Position numbers and translations under genes: made by a program. A stretch of DNA of 64,000 nt, taken from NCBI GenBank assembly GCA_016432625.1, contig CP066697.1:522561-586560 (forward strand). The letters are read 5' to 3'. The notes below the pieces were generated by a model. The model did not search any database, was not told where the DNA came from, and worked only from the letters and a program-made list of their open reading frames with translations. Below are positions 19,015-30,158 of the stretch, in pieces. Each line of letters starts with the position of its first letter. Positions within the stretch are counted from its first letter, which is position 1. Source of the stretch: Candidatus Berkelbacteria bacterium. Its GTDB lineage: Bacteria; Patescibacteriota; UBA1384; 2-12-FULL-50-11.

Positions 19015-20187
19015 CTATTTTGGAGCTTTTACTAGCTCTTCCAGGAATTCCTGATAGTCTTGGTCGTTCTTGAGTTCTTTTCCTTGCTCTTTAGCAACTT
19101 CCGCTAGCCCTAAACCGATACGAACTGACGATTCGGCGGCACGCGACCAATCCTCTTCGAGTTTCTCAAGAGTAGTATTGCGGCGCGCTAACCAGTCCTC
19201 GGGCTTGATACTACGTTCAGCCAAAAAGGCGGACCAAGCTTGTCGCGATCGATCTACTTCTGCCTTCAATAAACTACGCGGAATTGTGGTCTCAACCTTC
19301 TTGTCAAACTCCGAGAGCCATTTTGCCTTGCGCTGAGTTTGAGCCTCTTCTTCTTTATGACGCGCTAAATCCTCTTTGACTGCCTGACGCAGTTCGTCAA
19401 AAGTTTTGTGGCCGAATTTTTCGGCGAAGCTATTGTCCTGTGGCGGTAGAACTAGTCGAAAAACCTCATCTACCGTAGTTTCAAAATCAATCTTCTGACC
19501 GGCAAATTCTTTGTCAAAATGGTCTTTTGGGAACGTAACGGTAAATTTTTTACTATCACCACGACGGACCCCGATAAGATTATCTTCGAAACCTGGCACA
19601 ACCCCGCCTTGTCCAAGAACTAAGCCAAATTTAGAGGCAGCTAGCTTGTCTTTTCGAACACCGTTAATTGAACCAGTGAAGGTCACTTCCAACTTGTCGC
19701 CCTTTTCCGCGGGTTCGAGTTTGACTAGCGTTTGAGCATGCGCCCGGCCTAACGAATTAAGAACATCCGCCACTTCTACATCGGTAACTTCAGTCACAGG
19801 GAAGCTCTCAACTTTTATTTTGCGCCAGTCTTTGACTTTAACTTCTGGGCGAACGTCAAACAAGAAGATTAGCCGGCTCGCAGCGCCTTCCTCGAACTTC
19901 TCTACCTCAACGCTTGGATCCTCGATCGGCAAGACTTGGCTCTTCTCGGCAATTTCACTCCAGGCTTGTCTGGCCGCAAGAGCGTAGGCCTCTTCGCGCA
20001 AGTCCTCGGGTTTTAATTGGCTACGAATTACTTCTGCAGGCGCCTTTCCCGGTCGAAATCCAGCGACATTAGTCTTCGCTGCTAAGTTTTTTGACGCTTC
20101 AGTAAAGAACTCGACCGTTTCCGTCTCGTCAATCTCGACAACGTATTTAATGCGGCTGTAGGGTAATTTCTCGTGGCTAATTTTCAT
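19015..20187 (-). CDS. tig: Trigger factor (short form, 390 aa)
   Basis: N-terminal ribosome-binding signature GFRPGKAP, followed by a PPIase-like region and a C-terminal region. Confidence 0.85.
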   Translation of the reverse strand: MKISHEKLPYSRIKYVVEIDETETVEFFTEASKNLAAKTNVAGFRPGKAPAEVIRSQLKPEDLREEAYALAARQAWSEIAEKSQVLPIEDPSVEVEKFEEGAASRLIFLFDVRPEVKVKDWRKIKVESFPVTEVTDVEVADVLNSLGRAHAQTLVKLEPAEKGDKLEVTFTGSINGVRKDKLAASKFGLVLGQGGVVPGFEDNLIGVRRGDSKKFTVTFPKDHFDKEFAGQKIDFETTVDEVFRLVLPPQDNSFAEKFGHKTFDELRQAVKEDLARHKEEEAQTQRKAKWLSEFDKKVETTIPRSLLKAEVDRSRQAWSAFLAERSIKPEDWLARRNTTLEKLEEDWSRAAESSVRIGLGLAEVAKEQGKELKNDQDYQEFLEELVKAPK

Positions 20188-20314
20188 GAATTTTACTCTA
20201 CCTTAAATCAGGTTTAGTTGGAACGGTCATAGCGCCAAAAACTTTTCCTCAACAGGTTTGGCAATCTGGAGGTTATCCTGTTATGGTTAAAGCAATATTA
20301 ATGTAAGAGGAGGG

Positions 20315-23300
20315 ATGCGGCGCTTAGACGGAGTTTATTCCTTGGGGGTGGTACTAAGTAGCAAACCGGTGCGCCGAGTTGGTTTGTTGTTGACGTTGCT
20401 CGCTGTTGTCATCGGCATCACTGGCAGTGGTTTCCTACCGACCCTTACCCAAAGCCAAACTGGCTCTGCCTCAGGTGCCCGTCTTTGGTCAAGCGGCGCG
20501 GAGCTTAACTCGCTGACCGCAGATATGGAGATCACCAGTTCCTCTGGTACTACACCAACGATCGACTCAACCACGAAACGCTCTGGCGGCTACGCCTACC
20601 GAGCCAACACCTCGAGTAACACGGCGACGATCTATAAGACCTGGGCCAACTCGGCACAACAAAATAAATTTTGGTTCCGAGCTTATATACGTATTGCCAC
20701 CGCACCAGGAACGGAGATCGGAATTTTCCGGGCTGGAACAAGTACTAACAATAAAATTGGTGTCCGGATGAATTCGGATCGGTCGATCGAGCTTTGGAAT
20801 GAAGAAGATAACGCCATAATTGGTTCGGCAAGTTCGGTATTAGCCACCAATACTTGGTACCGCATTGAGCTTTACATCGACACAACTACCCTCAGCAGCG
20901 CTGTCGCCGATATGGAATTACGTTTGGATGGTGTTCAAGTCGCCTCATCAACCGACCGAACTCTAGATGCCGGTGTTGATCGCCTCACTTGGGGAGTGCT
21001 AACTTCAACAACTGCCGACCTCTATTTTGACGACATTGCCGTCAACGACTCAACCGGACGAACTGACAACTGGCCCGGCGAGGGCAAGATTGTTCACATG
21101 CAGCCAGATGCCACCGGCGATAATGAGCAATGGGACAACACTACTGAGGCCGGGTCACCTACTGAGTGTGACGCCGCTGGCGACCCTAACTGGCAGTGTG
21201 TCGATGAAATACCACCCGACAACTCGACCACCTATTCGGCAACAACGACTAACAATGAAATTGACGACTATAATATCGAGTCCTCCACTAGCGCTGGCTT
21301 GACTGCGAACGACTACGTCAGGCTTGTCTCGGTTGGCGTACGGTTCCGGGCTTGCGGCACTACCACAGAGGGTTTCGGTTGCGCAGCAGGTGAATCTAAC
21401 CAAGACCTTGTCGTCAGGCTGAAAGCAGCTGCCAGCGGCACCACAGACGAAGCAACAACCACGGTTCTTGACAGCGATACTACCTGGCGAACCAATGATG
21501 ACGATTCTGCGCAGCTCAACAAGATTACTGATTATGACCTACCTGGTACGAGTACCTCGCCTTGGACGACAACAGATTTAGATAGTAGTCAAATCGGTGT
21601 CAAAACGAACACTAATAACGGAGTTGGTATCAGAGCATCGGCAATTTGGCTCCAAGTCGAATACGTTCCTAATTTTGGTGGGCGACTTTTTTCCAGTGGT
21701 TTTGAGCTTAACTCGACCGTTGCCGACGAGGAATGGACAGCGACAACTAGCAGCCCTGCTATCAATTCCTCGACATTTCGCTCTGGTGCTTACGCTCTTG
21801 AAACCGAGAACGCTGGCGGTGCCGAATGGATTCGCTACAACTTCGCAACGAGCAACACGACCGGCGATTACTTCGTTAGGGCCTATCTACGAATCGCTAC
21901 CGGGTTCGATTCAAGTGATGTCACTGTGTTGTCGATTCTCAACACTACTAACTCACGAAAGGCTTACATCAAGTTGACTGCATCTGAGACTTTGACACTC
22001 CACGATGAAGACGGCGCCATAGGTTCGGCATCTTCGACGCTTTCAACGGGCGTCTGGTACCGGGTTGAGTTGAAACTTGTTTGTGGCACTGCTTGCGATG
22101 ACGGTAACGACGAAGTTGACGGTCGACTTGACGGCGTGTCATTTGCTTCCTCAACCACACGTGACATAACTGCTGGGGGTGCGGCTCGGCTAGGTTTGGG
22201 CCTACACGCCAGTGACGACGCCGAGTCAACAACCAATACCGTTGGTGATTTAATTTGGGACGATGTAGCGTTAAACAAAAATCAAGGCTCATACCAAAAC
22301 ACCTGGCCTGGCGCGGGGAAGATTATCCACCTTAGACCGAATGCAACTGGTGACAACTCTGAAACTTGGGCTTCGGCTGGTTCGGAGACGACTACTTGTG
22401 ACGACGCCGCGGACGCCAACTGGCAGTGTCTTGATGAAATCACACCTGACGAAGCGACGAGTTATGTCGAAGAAACTACAACCGGGGATTACGAGGACTT
22501 TAACCTTGATGCTTCGCCAATCGGTGCCTCGGACACAGTGAACGTCGTTCATGTTGGCGCGCGTTTCCGAACTAGTTCGGCAACCCAGGAAGATTTCAAA
22601 GTCCGGATTAAAGATAATACTAGCGCCGTACCGATCGAATCAGATACGCTCTCGCCTGCTTCAACGACCTGGGTCAGTAACCGCACAGCCGCGCCCTATC
22701 AATACCCGCTAACGGCTTATACCAGGCCCGAGCAAGAAACAGCCTGGACCGATACACAGCTTGATACGGCCCAAATAGGCGTTCGCGACATTGCCGGCTC
22801 AGGCACTGTCCAGGTTTCGACGCTTTGGCTATTAGTTGACTACACCCCTCCAGAAATAACAATCTCCGGCTCCTGCGATCAGTACGATCAAACAACCGAC
22901 TGCACCGATGACGGTTCTAACGAAATCGCCGTCGCCGTAAACGGCACGATTCAAACCGGCAAGGTGGATGCGACTGTCGACGGCGCTTGGGCAATTTCCG
23001 GCGTAACTCAGCCGGTAATAAATGATATTGTCACTGTTTTCATCAACGGCGAGGCAACCGATGATGAAGAGGCCGTAGCAGTTACAAAATACGACGGCAC
23101 TGGCGACATCACCGGCATTCAACTTTTTTGGCGACACCTATCCATTGGCTCCGTCGACAACCAGACGCTCAGTAACACTGATCTTAGTCAGTACGATAAC
23201 TCGGTCTCTGCCGATGAAGATATCTTTTTCGACGTTTCAGCCGGCGATGACCTGACGGTCGATTCGCTCGGATCATATACCGATGAGGAGCTTTATATCG

Positions 23301-26300
23301 CTGCCGGTGATACTTTCCGTCCTGCCTCCGGTGGCGGCGCTGATGTTACCACAATGCACGTCGAGAACGACGGTACCTGGACTGCCGATGGAAATGTCGT
23401 AACGGTGAACGGCAACTGGCAGAACGACTCTGTCTTTTCTTCCGGCACTAGTACGGTGACCTTCAACACCAGCGTAACCGGCAGAACTCTGAGTGGCACC
23501 CTAAGTGGTGTGAATGGCAAGTTTTATAATATCGACTTTACGACTGCCGAAGGGACTGCCACCGACGATTGGGAGATCCAAGCGGCGGTTGAAGCGGCAA
23601 ATGATTTCACGCTATCCGCCGGCAACATCGACACAAACAACAATGCCGTTACCGTAACGCGAGACCTCACTCTCACTAACGCGCTTAATACCGACTTCGC
23701 CGCCGGTTCTTCAACGATTACTGTTTCGCGTCACTTCAATGACACGGGCGACAAGTACACCCATAGTACTGATACGTTAGTGATGGCTGGGACTGGGACG
23801 TTCACGGTCGCCAACAACAGTCAGTTCTATAACGTCCACCTTGGACCGTCTGGCTTTACTACGACGCTGTCGCTCAACGATTGGGATGTAAATAATGTTC
23901 TAACGTTTAACGGCGGCACTGTCGCTGGTGGCGGTGGCAGTTGGATCGACCTTCATTGTTCGGGAACGTGCACACCGGTAGTTTTCGCGTCGGCCACTAC
24001 CCTGAATAGCAGCCGCGACCTTATCTTCCGAACCAACTCAGCTAGCAGCGTCCTCACTATTACGGGGGCAAACTACGGTAGTTGGGGAATTGTCAATTAT
24101 GCCGCGACTGGTAACGGCTCAACGTTTCAGCTAGGCGGCAACATCACCACAACGTCTTTTGGCCCGAGGCTAGAGGCAACCAACGGCATAACGGGCAGCA
24201 TTTTTACTACTACGGCTAGTAATTACTCGATCACCTCGTCATCAATGCGCATCGCGCCGTGTACTCCCGCAAGAACTGGCTCGTGGACAGCAAGCCTTAA
24301 TGATTCTGTCATAGCGCTATCGAGCACGAGCGATGCGCTCTATGTTGGAACGGACTGCGGTTCTCATACCCTCAATCTCAATACTTCGGACGTGACAGTT
24401 TCTGGTAACGTCAAATTCGTGAACGGTACCGGTACGATTACTGTTGATCCTGGCACATCCGATTTCCGCTTTACTCCACCGACCGCTGCGGTCAAAACCT
24501 ACTCACCGAACGGACAGGCGCTCTATAACGTCTATATCAACGGCGCCACAAGTACCGCTGATGTGCAACCCGATGCAGCGGCGCAAATTAATAACGACCT
24601 CACCATGACCAATGGCCGACTTGTAGGCACACAAAACATCACCGTCAACGGCCACGTCCAAGGAACCGCAGGTGAGATCAATTTAACCAGTGGAACTTTC
24701 ACCCAACGCGTTTCGGCTAATAAAAATTTTGGTACGACTAGCGGCTCAACAGCTTGGACGTTTTCTTCCTTGACGTTCTCTAACTCGCACGCCTCAGCTG
24801 GAATTACCGTCACAACCCAGACTGGTGGTACAGGAGGAATCACCGTTACCACCCTGCTTAAAATTGGGTCAAGTGGAGATGCGGCAGGCGCCACAACGAC
24901 TCTAGATGCCGGTAACCGTACTTGGACTCTTTCTGGCAATGCCACCACCGGCATTCCGTTCGAAATCCTCGCTTCTCCGGCTGGCGTGCTAACGGCTAAC
25001 GTGTCGACATTTACCTACACAGGTAACATAGGCCTGGGTAATATGACAGTCCAAGCCGCGACCTACTACAACTTAGACATAAACCGTAACGGCGAAATTT
25101 TTGTCCTCGAGGGGACGACGAACGCCGGCAACGACTTAACCATCACCAACGGTACGCTCGACACGACAGCGTCAAACCATGGTATGAGTATTACCCGCGA
25201 CGTCCTAATAGCTAATACGGCGGGTGCTACTTTCCGGGCTAGAGGTTCGACTATCACCGTCTCCCGCGACTGGTCAAAAGGACTGAACGGAACTTTCACT
25301 CGCGACAGTTCGACCGTTCAGCTTAACGGTGACGGTCAAATCCTGACTGTCGGCGGCGGCCAAACCCAATTCGAAAACTTAACAGTGGCGTATAACACCA
25401 AAACGACGACGATGGCGACTGCCAGAACCGACGTGTTTGGAGTTCTAACTATAGGCGATGCAAGCGGCGGCACGATGACTTGCTCGGTAACATGTGAATT
25501 CGAGCTCTTTAGGACTGCTGGGGCTGATCTAGTCATCGGCACCGGAGCAACACTTTCTGGTTCAAATGCGACTTTTCAGCTACGCAAACAGAGCGCCGCG
25601 ACAGTGACTGTGACCGGCGCGACAAACTACGGCACCTGGAATATTCTGATGCGCGCCAACGTCTCTGCTGGAGGGTTGGTAACGTATAACGTTGGTGGCA
25701 ACATTACGACCAATGGCTATATTCAAGTCAAGGCAGATACGCTTAGTACCGCAACGTTTAACACCCAAAACTTCACAATCAATGCCGACAAGTGGATTCA
25801 GGGTGACTCTACTGACAACAGCGCCACAACTTCTAACTGGGGCTCGAGCACAGCTACCTTCGATCTTGCCAGTGCCGCCGACACCTTTTACGTAAGTTCA
25901 AACGGAGGGGCACAGGTGGCCAACTTCCAAACTGCTTCCATTTCAGCAACCGGACACGTTAAGTTCGTCAACGGTACCGGCACCTTAGCCGTTGATGACG
26001 GTACTTCCACTTTTACATTTGCTCCGACGACTGGCACATCAACATACTCACCAAACGGCCAGACACTTTACAACGTTATCGTTAACGGTGCTGCAACCGT
26101 GCAGCCCGACGCCGCAGTCGTCGTCGCAAACGATTTAACAATGACGGCCGGGACACTTAACGGAACCCAAAATATCACCGTCAACGGCAATGTCGCTGGA
26201 ACGGCCGGAATCATCAGCTTAACGGGTGGGACGTTCGAGCAGCGTCTATTGGCTAATGTTGGGAAAAACTTTGGAACTACTTCGGGGTCAACTGCCTGGA

Positions 26301-29300
26301 CTTTCAATGACCTTACTTTCTCTAGCGCAGCAGTGTTCGACACTTGGCAAACAATTACCACCCAAACCGGCGGCAGTGGCGGGATCACTGTAAGCGCCGT
26401 TATGAGAGTCAACCGAGCCGCCGGTGCCAACGACAACGACGGTATTATCTTGACAGGCGGCAATCGAACTTGGACGCTCTCGGGAGCGAGCGGAATTCCT
26501 CTCCGAATGGAGACAACTGATTTCGGTGGCTTTATTGGTCAGATTAACCCGGGCACTTCGACTTTTACGTTCACCGGTGACTACCCACTTGGGAACACAA
26601 CGGTCGAGCAAAACCCTAACGGTAGCTCCACTGGGTACTACAACCTCGATATCAATAACTCCTCCGAAACGTACGTGCTTGAGGGCAATACAACTGTTGG
26701 CAACGACTTGACGGTGACCAACGGGGCGCTATCAACCACTGGCTCAAATCATTCTCTTACGGTCACTCGCGACTTAACACTTGCCAATACTGCTGGAGTT
26801 GGACTCACAGGTAACGGCTCGACAATTACCGTCTCGCGCAACTGGACGGATTTGGGCGGTAAATTCACTCCGGGTACATCAACAGTCACGCTAAATGGCA
26901 CAGGAGCAATCGACCTTTCTACGGGATTTGAGTTCTATAACTTGAATCTCGCTTACTCGACGTTCACGACTACTCTACCAGCTTCAAAGACAATTAATGT
27001 CGAGAGTGTCGTAACGCTAAATGGTGGCACCCTCTCCGGTAGCTCATCAGTACTAACCCCCAGACCACGAGTTTCTAGTAAGCCTCTTGTCGTTAACTCC
27101 ACAACAGCTTTCACTGGTAGTGGATTCAATATAATCTCGTGGACCGGATACAACGCCAGTCTGACACTGACGGTTGACGGCGATAACTACAGTCATAGTA
27201 GCTGGAACCTCTTTTTCGCTGGCACAACCAATGACACCACATTCCAACTTGACGCAGGATTAACCACTTCAACAGAGGTGCGTGTGTACGCTGGGGGCGT
27301 AATAACTGGCACTGCCTTCAACACCGCCAATAACGCAATGACGTTATCTGGCTTTCGGCTTGGATCAGGCGGCGCTACTCAAACGGTTTCGGCTAACTTT
27401 GGCTCTTCAACTATATCGTTTACGGGTACCGGTAACACTCTCTACCCGGAAAGTACGGGCGGGACATACAACCTCGATCTAGGCACTTCTTCAATCACAA
27501 CGACTGGTGACGTTCGATTTATTAATACCAGCGGCACGATCACAGTCACCGAAGGCACTTCAACCGTTACCTTCACGCCGGCCGCTTCGGCCACCAGAAC
27601 TTATGCCCCGAATGCCCAATCGCTGTACCACGTCATTATAAATGGCGGCAATGATGCCGCCGAAGTTGACCTAACTGGAAACGCTGACTTTAACGGCAAT
27701 CTGACTGTCAGCGGCGGCCGGTTAGATACGATCACAGGTTCCGAGTACTCAATTGACGCCTTTGACGTTACTCAGTCGGGTACTGCGGCGATTAAAGCCA
27801 ACGCCGCGACAATTACTGTGCGGGGCAACTGGGTTAGTAACGCCACATGGAACTCAAATATCGGTACTTCAACTGTGGTATTTACTGGGGTCTCTAAATC
27901 TATCGACACATCGGGTAGCGGTGGATCGACGCGTCACTTTTATAAACTGACAATCAACTCAGGCGCCTCGATCAATCTTGCTGGTACAGAACTTGTTAAT
28001 ACCGACAGCGATGTCAACGTCCAAGGAACATTCAATATCACTTCTGCCTGCGGTAACGGCGTCTTTTACTACGGTGGAACAGGAACGACCCTAACGGTTG
28101 GTGCCTCGGGAGTCCTTGGTGGCAGCGGCGGTTGCTTTACCCTTATGACTGCTACGCCAACCTACTCATTTGCCGGATCAATTACGACCTCAAATTTTCG
28201 ATTCCAGATTACAACTTCAACAACGATTCCCGCTTATACATACGGCGGCAACCTCTATTTTCGGCCAACCAGTGGTAGCCCAACCTACACGATAGGAGCC
28301 GGAACGATGACCTTAACGAGCTCCTGGACTAACGAGAATACTGGCGCTGGCACACTGACGGTCGACAATACTGTCAATAATACGAACTTCACTGCGGGTA
28401 ATGCGTTTAACGCCCTATCGAGTTCTGGTTCGTATTCCTTCCTGATGGGCTCCGCTACTTACGATATTAACGGCGCCTGGAACGATGCGGACTCGGCCAG
28501 CTTCACTAATGGCACGTCGACAGTTCTGCTAAGTGGCACGGGCACACAAACTGTCAGTCGGGCTAGTGGCGCTAACACATTCTATAACCTACAAATCACT
28601 AACAGCTCTGGCGCTTCAGCATCGGACTGTGAGCGAACCGGTTTCACTGCCTCTGTCGATTTTGCTAACGACGTGACAGTAACCAATAATTTGACCTTCA
28701 CAACTGCCAACACCAGGGTTGAGTTCGATGATGCCAATACCTACACATTTAACAACATTAACTGGAATGGGCAGGCCGGTGGCACTCGCGTCTACTTCCG
28801 CAACAGCGCCGTTAGTGGCTCGTGGAACTTAAACGTCTCGGGCACACAGACAGCCGTAAGCTACGTTAATGTTTCAAGGTCAAACGCTTCAAGCGGTAAC
28901 ACCATTGGTGCGTCTAACGGCACGAATATAGACTGTGGTAATAACGTTAACTGGAGTTTTGCAAACCCGAGCTCACCGACTAATCTGGCGCAAAAGAAAA
29001 CTGACGACACGGTCATCACTACCGGCGGTTGGACCAACGAGCTCTCGGTTAAATTTACCGCTGATATTTCTGACGGGGACAACCCGGCGACAATTCAGCT
29101 CTGTGTCGAGCGCGACATTTTAGGAGTCTTGTTCAGTAATACTGAAGATTCTTGTGGCGCAACGGTTGCCTATTCCGGAACGCCGGTAGCAGCAAGCGTT
29201 ACAATCAGTGTCACCGATACAAACGAATACCACTGGCAAGCCAGGGTTAAAGACTCTGGGGGCGCCTACTCAGGCTGGGTTAGTTACGGCGGTAACGGCG

Positions 29301-30157
29301 AAGGCGAGCGAGACTTTGGTGTCGACACGACTGCCTGTACGTACGGTGGACTAGTATACGATGGCACAGTCGAAGACGTAGATGCCGATTTCAATGACGG
29401 ATCAGTAAGCGCCCTGTCATCGAACTGGGATGCCTTTACTTGCACCGTCTCCGGGCTAAATAAATATCAGTACTCCATCGGCACAACCGTCGGCGGTACT
29501 GATATTAAGGGCTGGACAGACAATAGTACGACCGAATCTGTAACAGCAAGTTCTCTGAACCTGCATACCAATCAGCGCTACTACTTCAATGTCAGGGCGG
29601 TTGATAACGCCAACAATACTTCCAGCCCTACTTCCTCAAACGGCCAAGACGTTCTGCCAACCCTCACTTTCACACTTGGCTCGACCACTTTAACTTTTAA
29701 TAACCTGAACGACAGCAATAACCGTCAAGACGGCGAGACCTTAACTATTACCACCAGTACCAACGCCTACGGCGGTTATGTTGTGCGCCAGTATGCTACC
29801 GGGCTGCTGACTAACGGTACATTCACTATCCCGATGTTCCAGGGAGGCACTTACGCCTCGCCGGGCGCTTGGCCGGCCGGATTCTGTACCGGCGGCTCAA
29901 CTTGTGGCTACGGCTACACCTCTAATGACTCGACAATTCAGGGCGCCGATAAGTTTAATGGCGGCTTACTGTACGCCGCGCTCTCGATGACGGCATTCGG
30001 CGATATTATCGCTGACCATACTGACGCCGTAACGGGTGGCACTGGGGCAGTCGTAAATGAGCAGTACACTATTACTCATCGCGTTGCCGTTGACGCCCTG
30101 CAGGAGGCCAAAACTTATCAAACCGAAGTTCTCTATATCGTAACGGGAACATTCTAA
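20315..30157 (+). CDS. Giant cell-surface protein A1 (3280 aa). It has an N-terminal TM anchor, two ~390-aa jelly-roll/lectin-like N-terminal repeats, a long Thr/Gly/Asn-rich repeat region, Fn3-like modules and a conserved C-terminal ~170-aa domain ending ...YIVTGTF.
   Basis: The ATG at 20315 is preceded by AGAGGAGGG. A single uninterrupted ORF runs to 30157. Large internal repeats are present and paralogy to 37611..45656 runs over most of the length. Confidence 0.8.
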   Translation: MRRLDGVYSLGVVLSSKPVRRVGLLLTLLAVVIGITGSGFLPTLTQSQTGSASGARLWSSGAELNSLTADMEITSSSGTTPTIDSTTKRSGGYAYRANTSSNTATIYKTWANSAQQNKFWFRAYIRIATAPGTEIGIFRAGTSTNNKIGVRMNSDRSIELWNEEDNAIIGSASSVLATNTWYRIELYIDTTTLSSAVADMELRLDGVQVASSTDRTLDAGVDRLTWGVLTSTTADLYFDDIAVNDSTGRTDNWPGEGKIVHMQPDATGDNEQWDNTTEAGSPTECDAAGDPNWQCVDEIPPDNSTTYSATTTNNEIDDYNIESSTSAGLTANDYVRLVSVGVRFRACGTTTEGFGCAAGESNQDLVVRLKAAASGTTDEATTTVLDSDTTWRTNDDDSAQLNKITDYDLPGTSTSPWTTTDLDSSQIGVKTNTNNGVGIRASAIWLQVEYVPNFGGRLFSSGFELNSTVADEEWTATTSSPAINSSTFRSGAYALETENAGGAEWIRYNFATSNTTGDYFVRAYLRIATGFDSSDVTVLSILNTTNSRKAYIKLTASETLTLHDEDGAIGSASSTLSTGVWYRVELKLVCGTACDDGNDEVDGRLDGVSFASSTTRDITAGGAARLGLGLHASDDAESTTNTVGDLIWDDVALNKNQGSYQNTWPGAGKIIHLRPNATGDNSETWASAGSETTTCDDAADANWQCLDEITPDEATSYVEETTTGDYEDFNLDASPIGASDTVNVVHVGARFRTSSATQEDFKVRIKDNTSAVPIESDTLSPASTTWVSNRTAAPYQYPLTAYTRPEQETAWTDTQLDTAQIGVRDIAGSGTVQVSTLWLLVDYTPPEITISGSCDQYDQTTDCTDDGSNEIAVAVNGTIQTGKVDATVDGAWAISGVTQPVINDIVTVFINGEATDDEEAVAVTKYDGTGDITGIQLFWRHLSIGSVDNQTLSNTDLSQYDNSVSADEDIFFDVSAGDDLTVDSLGSYTDEELYIAAGDTFRPASGGGADVTTMHVENDGTWTADGNVVTVNGNWQNDSVFSSGTSTVTFNTSVTGRTLSGTLSGVNGKFYNIDFTTAEGTATDDWEIQAAVEAANDFTLSAGNIDTNNNAVTVTRDLTLTNALNTDFAAGSSTITVSRHFNDTGDKYTHSTDTLVMAGTGTFTVANNSQFYNVHLGPSGFTTTLSLNDWDVNNVLTFNGGTVAGGGGSWIDLHCSGTCTPVVFASATTLNSSRDLIFRTNSASSVLTITGANYGSWGIVNYAATGNGSTFQLGGNITTTSFGPRLEATNGITGSIFTTTASNYSITSSSMRIAPCTPARTGSWTASLNDSVIALSSTSDALYVGTDCGSHTLNLNTSDVTVSGNVKFVNGTGTITVDPGTSDFRFTPPTAAVKTYSPNGQALYNVYINGATSTADVQPDAAAQINNDLTMTNGRLVGTQNITVNGHVQGTAGEINLTSGTFTQRVSANKNFGTTSGSTAWTFSSLTFSNSHASAGITVTTQTGGTGGITVTTLLKIGSSGDAAGATTTLDAGNRTWTLSGNATTGIPFEILASPAGVLTANVSTFTYTGNIGLGNMTVQAATYYNLDINRNGEIFVLEGTTNAGNDLTITNGTLDTTASNHGMSITRDVLIANTAGATFRARGSTITVSRDWSKGLNGTFTRDSSTVQLNGDGQILTVGGGQTQFENLTVAYNTKTTTMATARTDVFGVLTIGDASGGTMTCSVTCEFELFRTAGADLVIGTGATLSGSNATFQLRKQSAATVTVTGATNYGTWNILMRANVSAGGLVTYNVGGNITTNGYIQVKADTLSTATFNTQNFTINADKWIQGDSTDNSATTSNWGSSTATFDLASAADTFYVSSNGGAQVANFQTASISATGHVKFVNGTGTLAVDDGTSTFTFAPTTGTSTYSPNGQTLYNVIVNGAATVQPDAAVVVANDLTMTAGTLNGTQNITVNGNVAGTAGIISLTGGTFEQRLLANVGKNFGTTSGSTAWTFNDLTFSSAAVFDTWQTITTQTGGSGGITVSAVMRVNRAAGANDNDGIILTGGNRTWTLSGASGIPLRMETTDFGGFIGQINPGTSTFTFTGDYPLGNTTVEQNPNGSSTGYYNLDINNSSETYVLEGNTTVGNDLTVTNGALSTTGSNHSLTVTRDLTLANTAGVGLTGNGSTITVSRNWTDLGGKFTPGTSTVTLNGTGAIDLSTGFEFYNLNLAYSTFTTTLPASKTINVESVVTLNGGTLSGSSSVLTPRPRVSSKPLVVNSTTAFTGSGFNIISWTGYNASLTLTVDGDNYSHSSWNLFFAGTTNDTTFQLDAGLTTSTEVRVYAGGVITGTAFNTANNAMTLSGFRLGSGGATQTVSANFGSSTISFTGTGNTLYPESTGGTYNLDLGTSSITTTGDVRFINTSGTITVTEGTSTVTFTPAASATRTYAPNAQSLYHVIINGGNDAAEVDLTGNADFNGNLTVSGGRLDTITGSEYSIDAFDVTQSGTAAIKANAATITVRGNWVSNATWNSNIGTSTVVFTGVSKSIDTSGSGGSTRHFYKLTINSGASINLAGTELVNTDSDVNVQGTFNITSACGNGVFYYGGTGTTLTVGASGVLGGSGGCFTLMTATPTYSFAGSITTSNFRFQITTSTTIPAYTYGGNLYFRPTSGSPTYTIGAGTMTLTSSWTNENTGAGTLTVDNTVNNTNFTAGNAFNALSSSGSYSFLMGSATYDINGAWNDADSASFTNGTSTVLLSGTGTQTVSRASGANTFYNLQITNSSGASASDCERTGFTASVDFANDVTVTNNLTFTTANTRVEFDDANTYTFNNINWNGQAGGTRVYFRNSAVSGSWNLNVSGTQTAVSYVNVSRSNASSGNTIGASNGTNIDCGNNVNWSFANPSSPTNLAQKKTDDTVITTGGWTNELSVKFTADISDGDNPATIQLCVERDILGVLFSNTEDSCGATVAYSGTPVAASVTISVTDTNEYHWQARVKDSGGAYSGWVSYGGNGEGERDFGVDTTACTYGGLVYDGTVEDVDADFNDGSVSALSSNWDAFTCTVSGLNKYQYSIGTTVGGTDIKGWTDNSTTESVTASSLNLHTNQRYYFNVRAVDNANNTSSPTSSNGQDVLPTLTFTLGSTTLTFNNLNDSNNRQDGETLTITTSTNAYGGYVVRQYATGLLTNGTFTIPMFQGGTYASPGAWPAGFCTGGSTCGYGYTSNDSTIQGADKFNGGLLYAALSMTAFGDIIADHTDAVTGGTGAVVNEQYTITHRVAVDALQEAKTYQTEVLYIVTGTF
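20480..22850 (+). repeat. Tandem intragenic duplication encoding two ~390-aa N-terminal modules of A1
   Basis: ARLWSSGAELNSLTADMEITSS...WPGEGKIVHMQPDATGDNEQW...NWQCVDEIPPDNSTTY pairs with GRLFSSGFELNSTVADEEWTATTSS...WPGAGKIIHLRPNATGDNSETW...NWQCLDEITPDEATSY. Confidence 0.7.
24380..27700 (+). repeat. Diverged tandem intragenic repeats with an approximately 1.55-kb period (about 520 aa) inside A1
   Basis: Three copies start with G(N/H/D)V(K/R)F(V/I)N(G/T)(T/S)GT(I/L)(T/A)V(D/T)...TYSPNGQ(A/T)LYNV near 24400, 25950 and 27500, with about 70 percent nucleotide identity. Confidence 0.6.
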
Positions 30158-30158
30158 G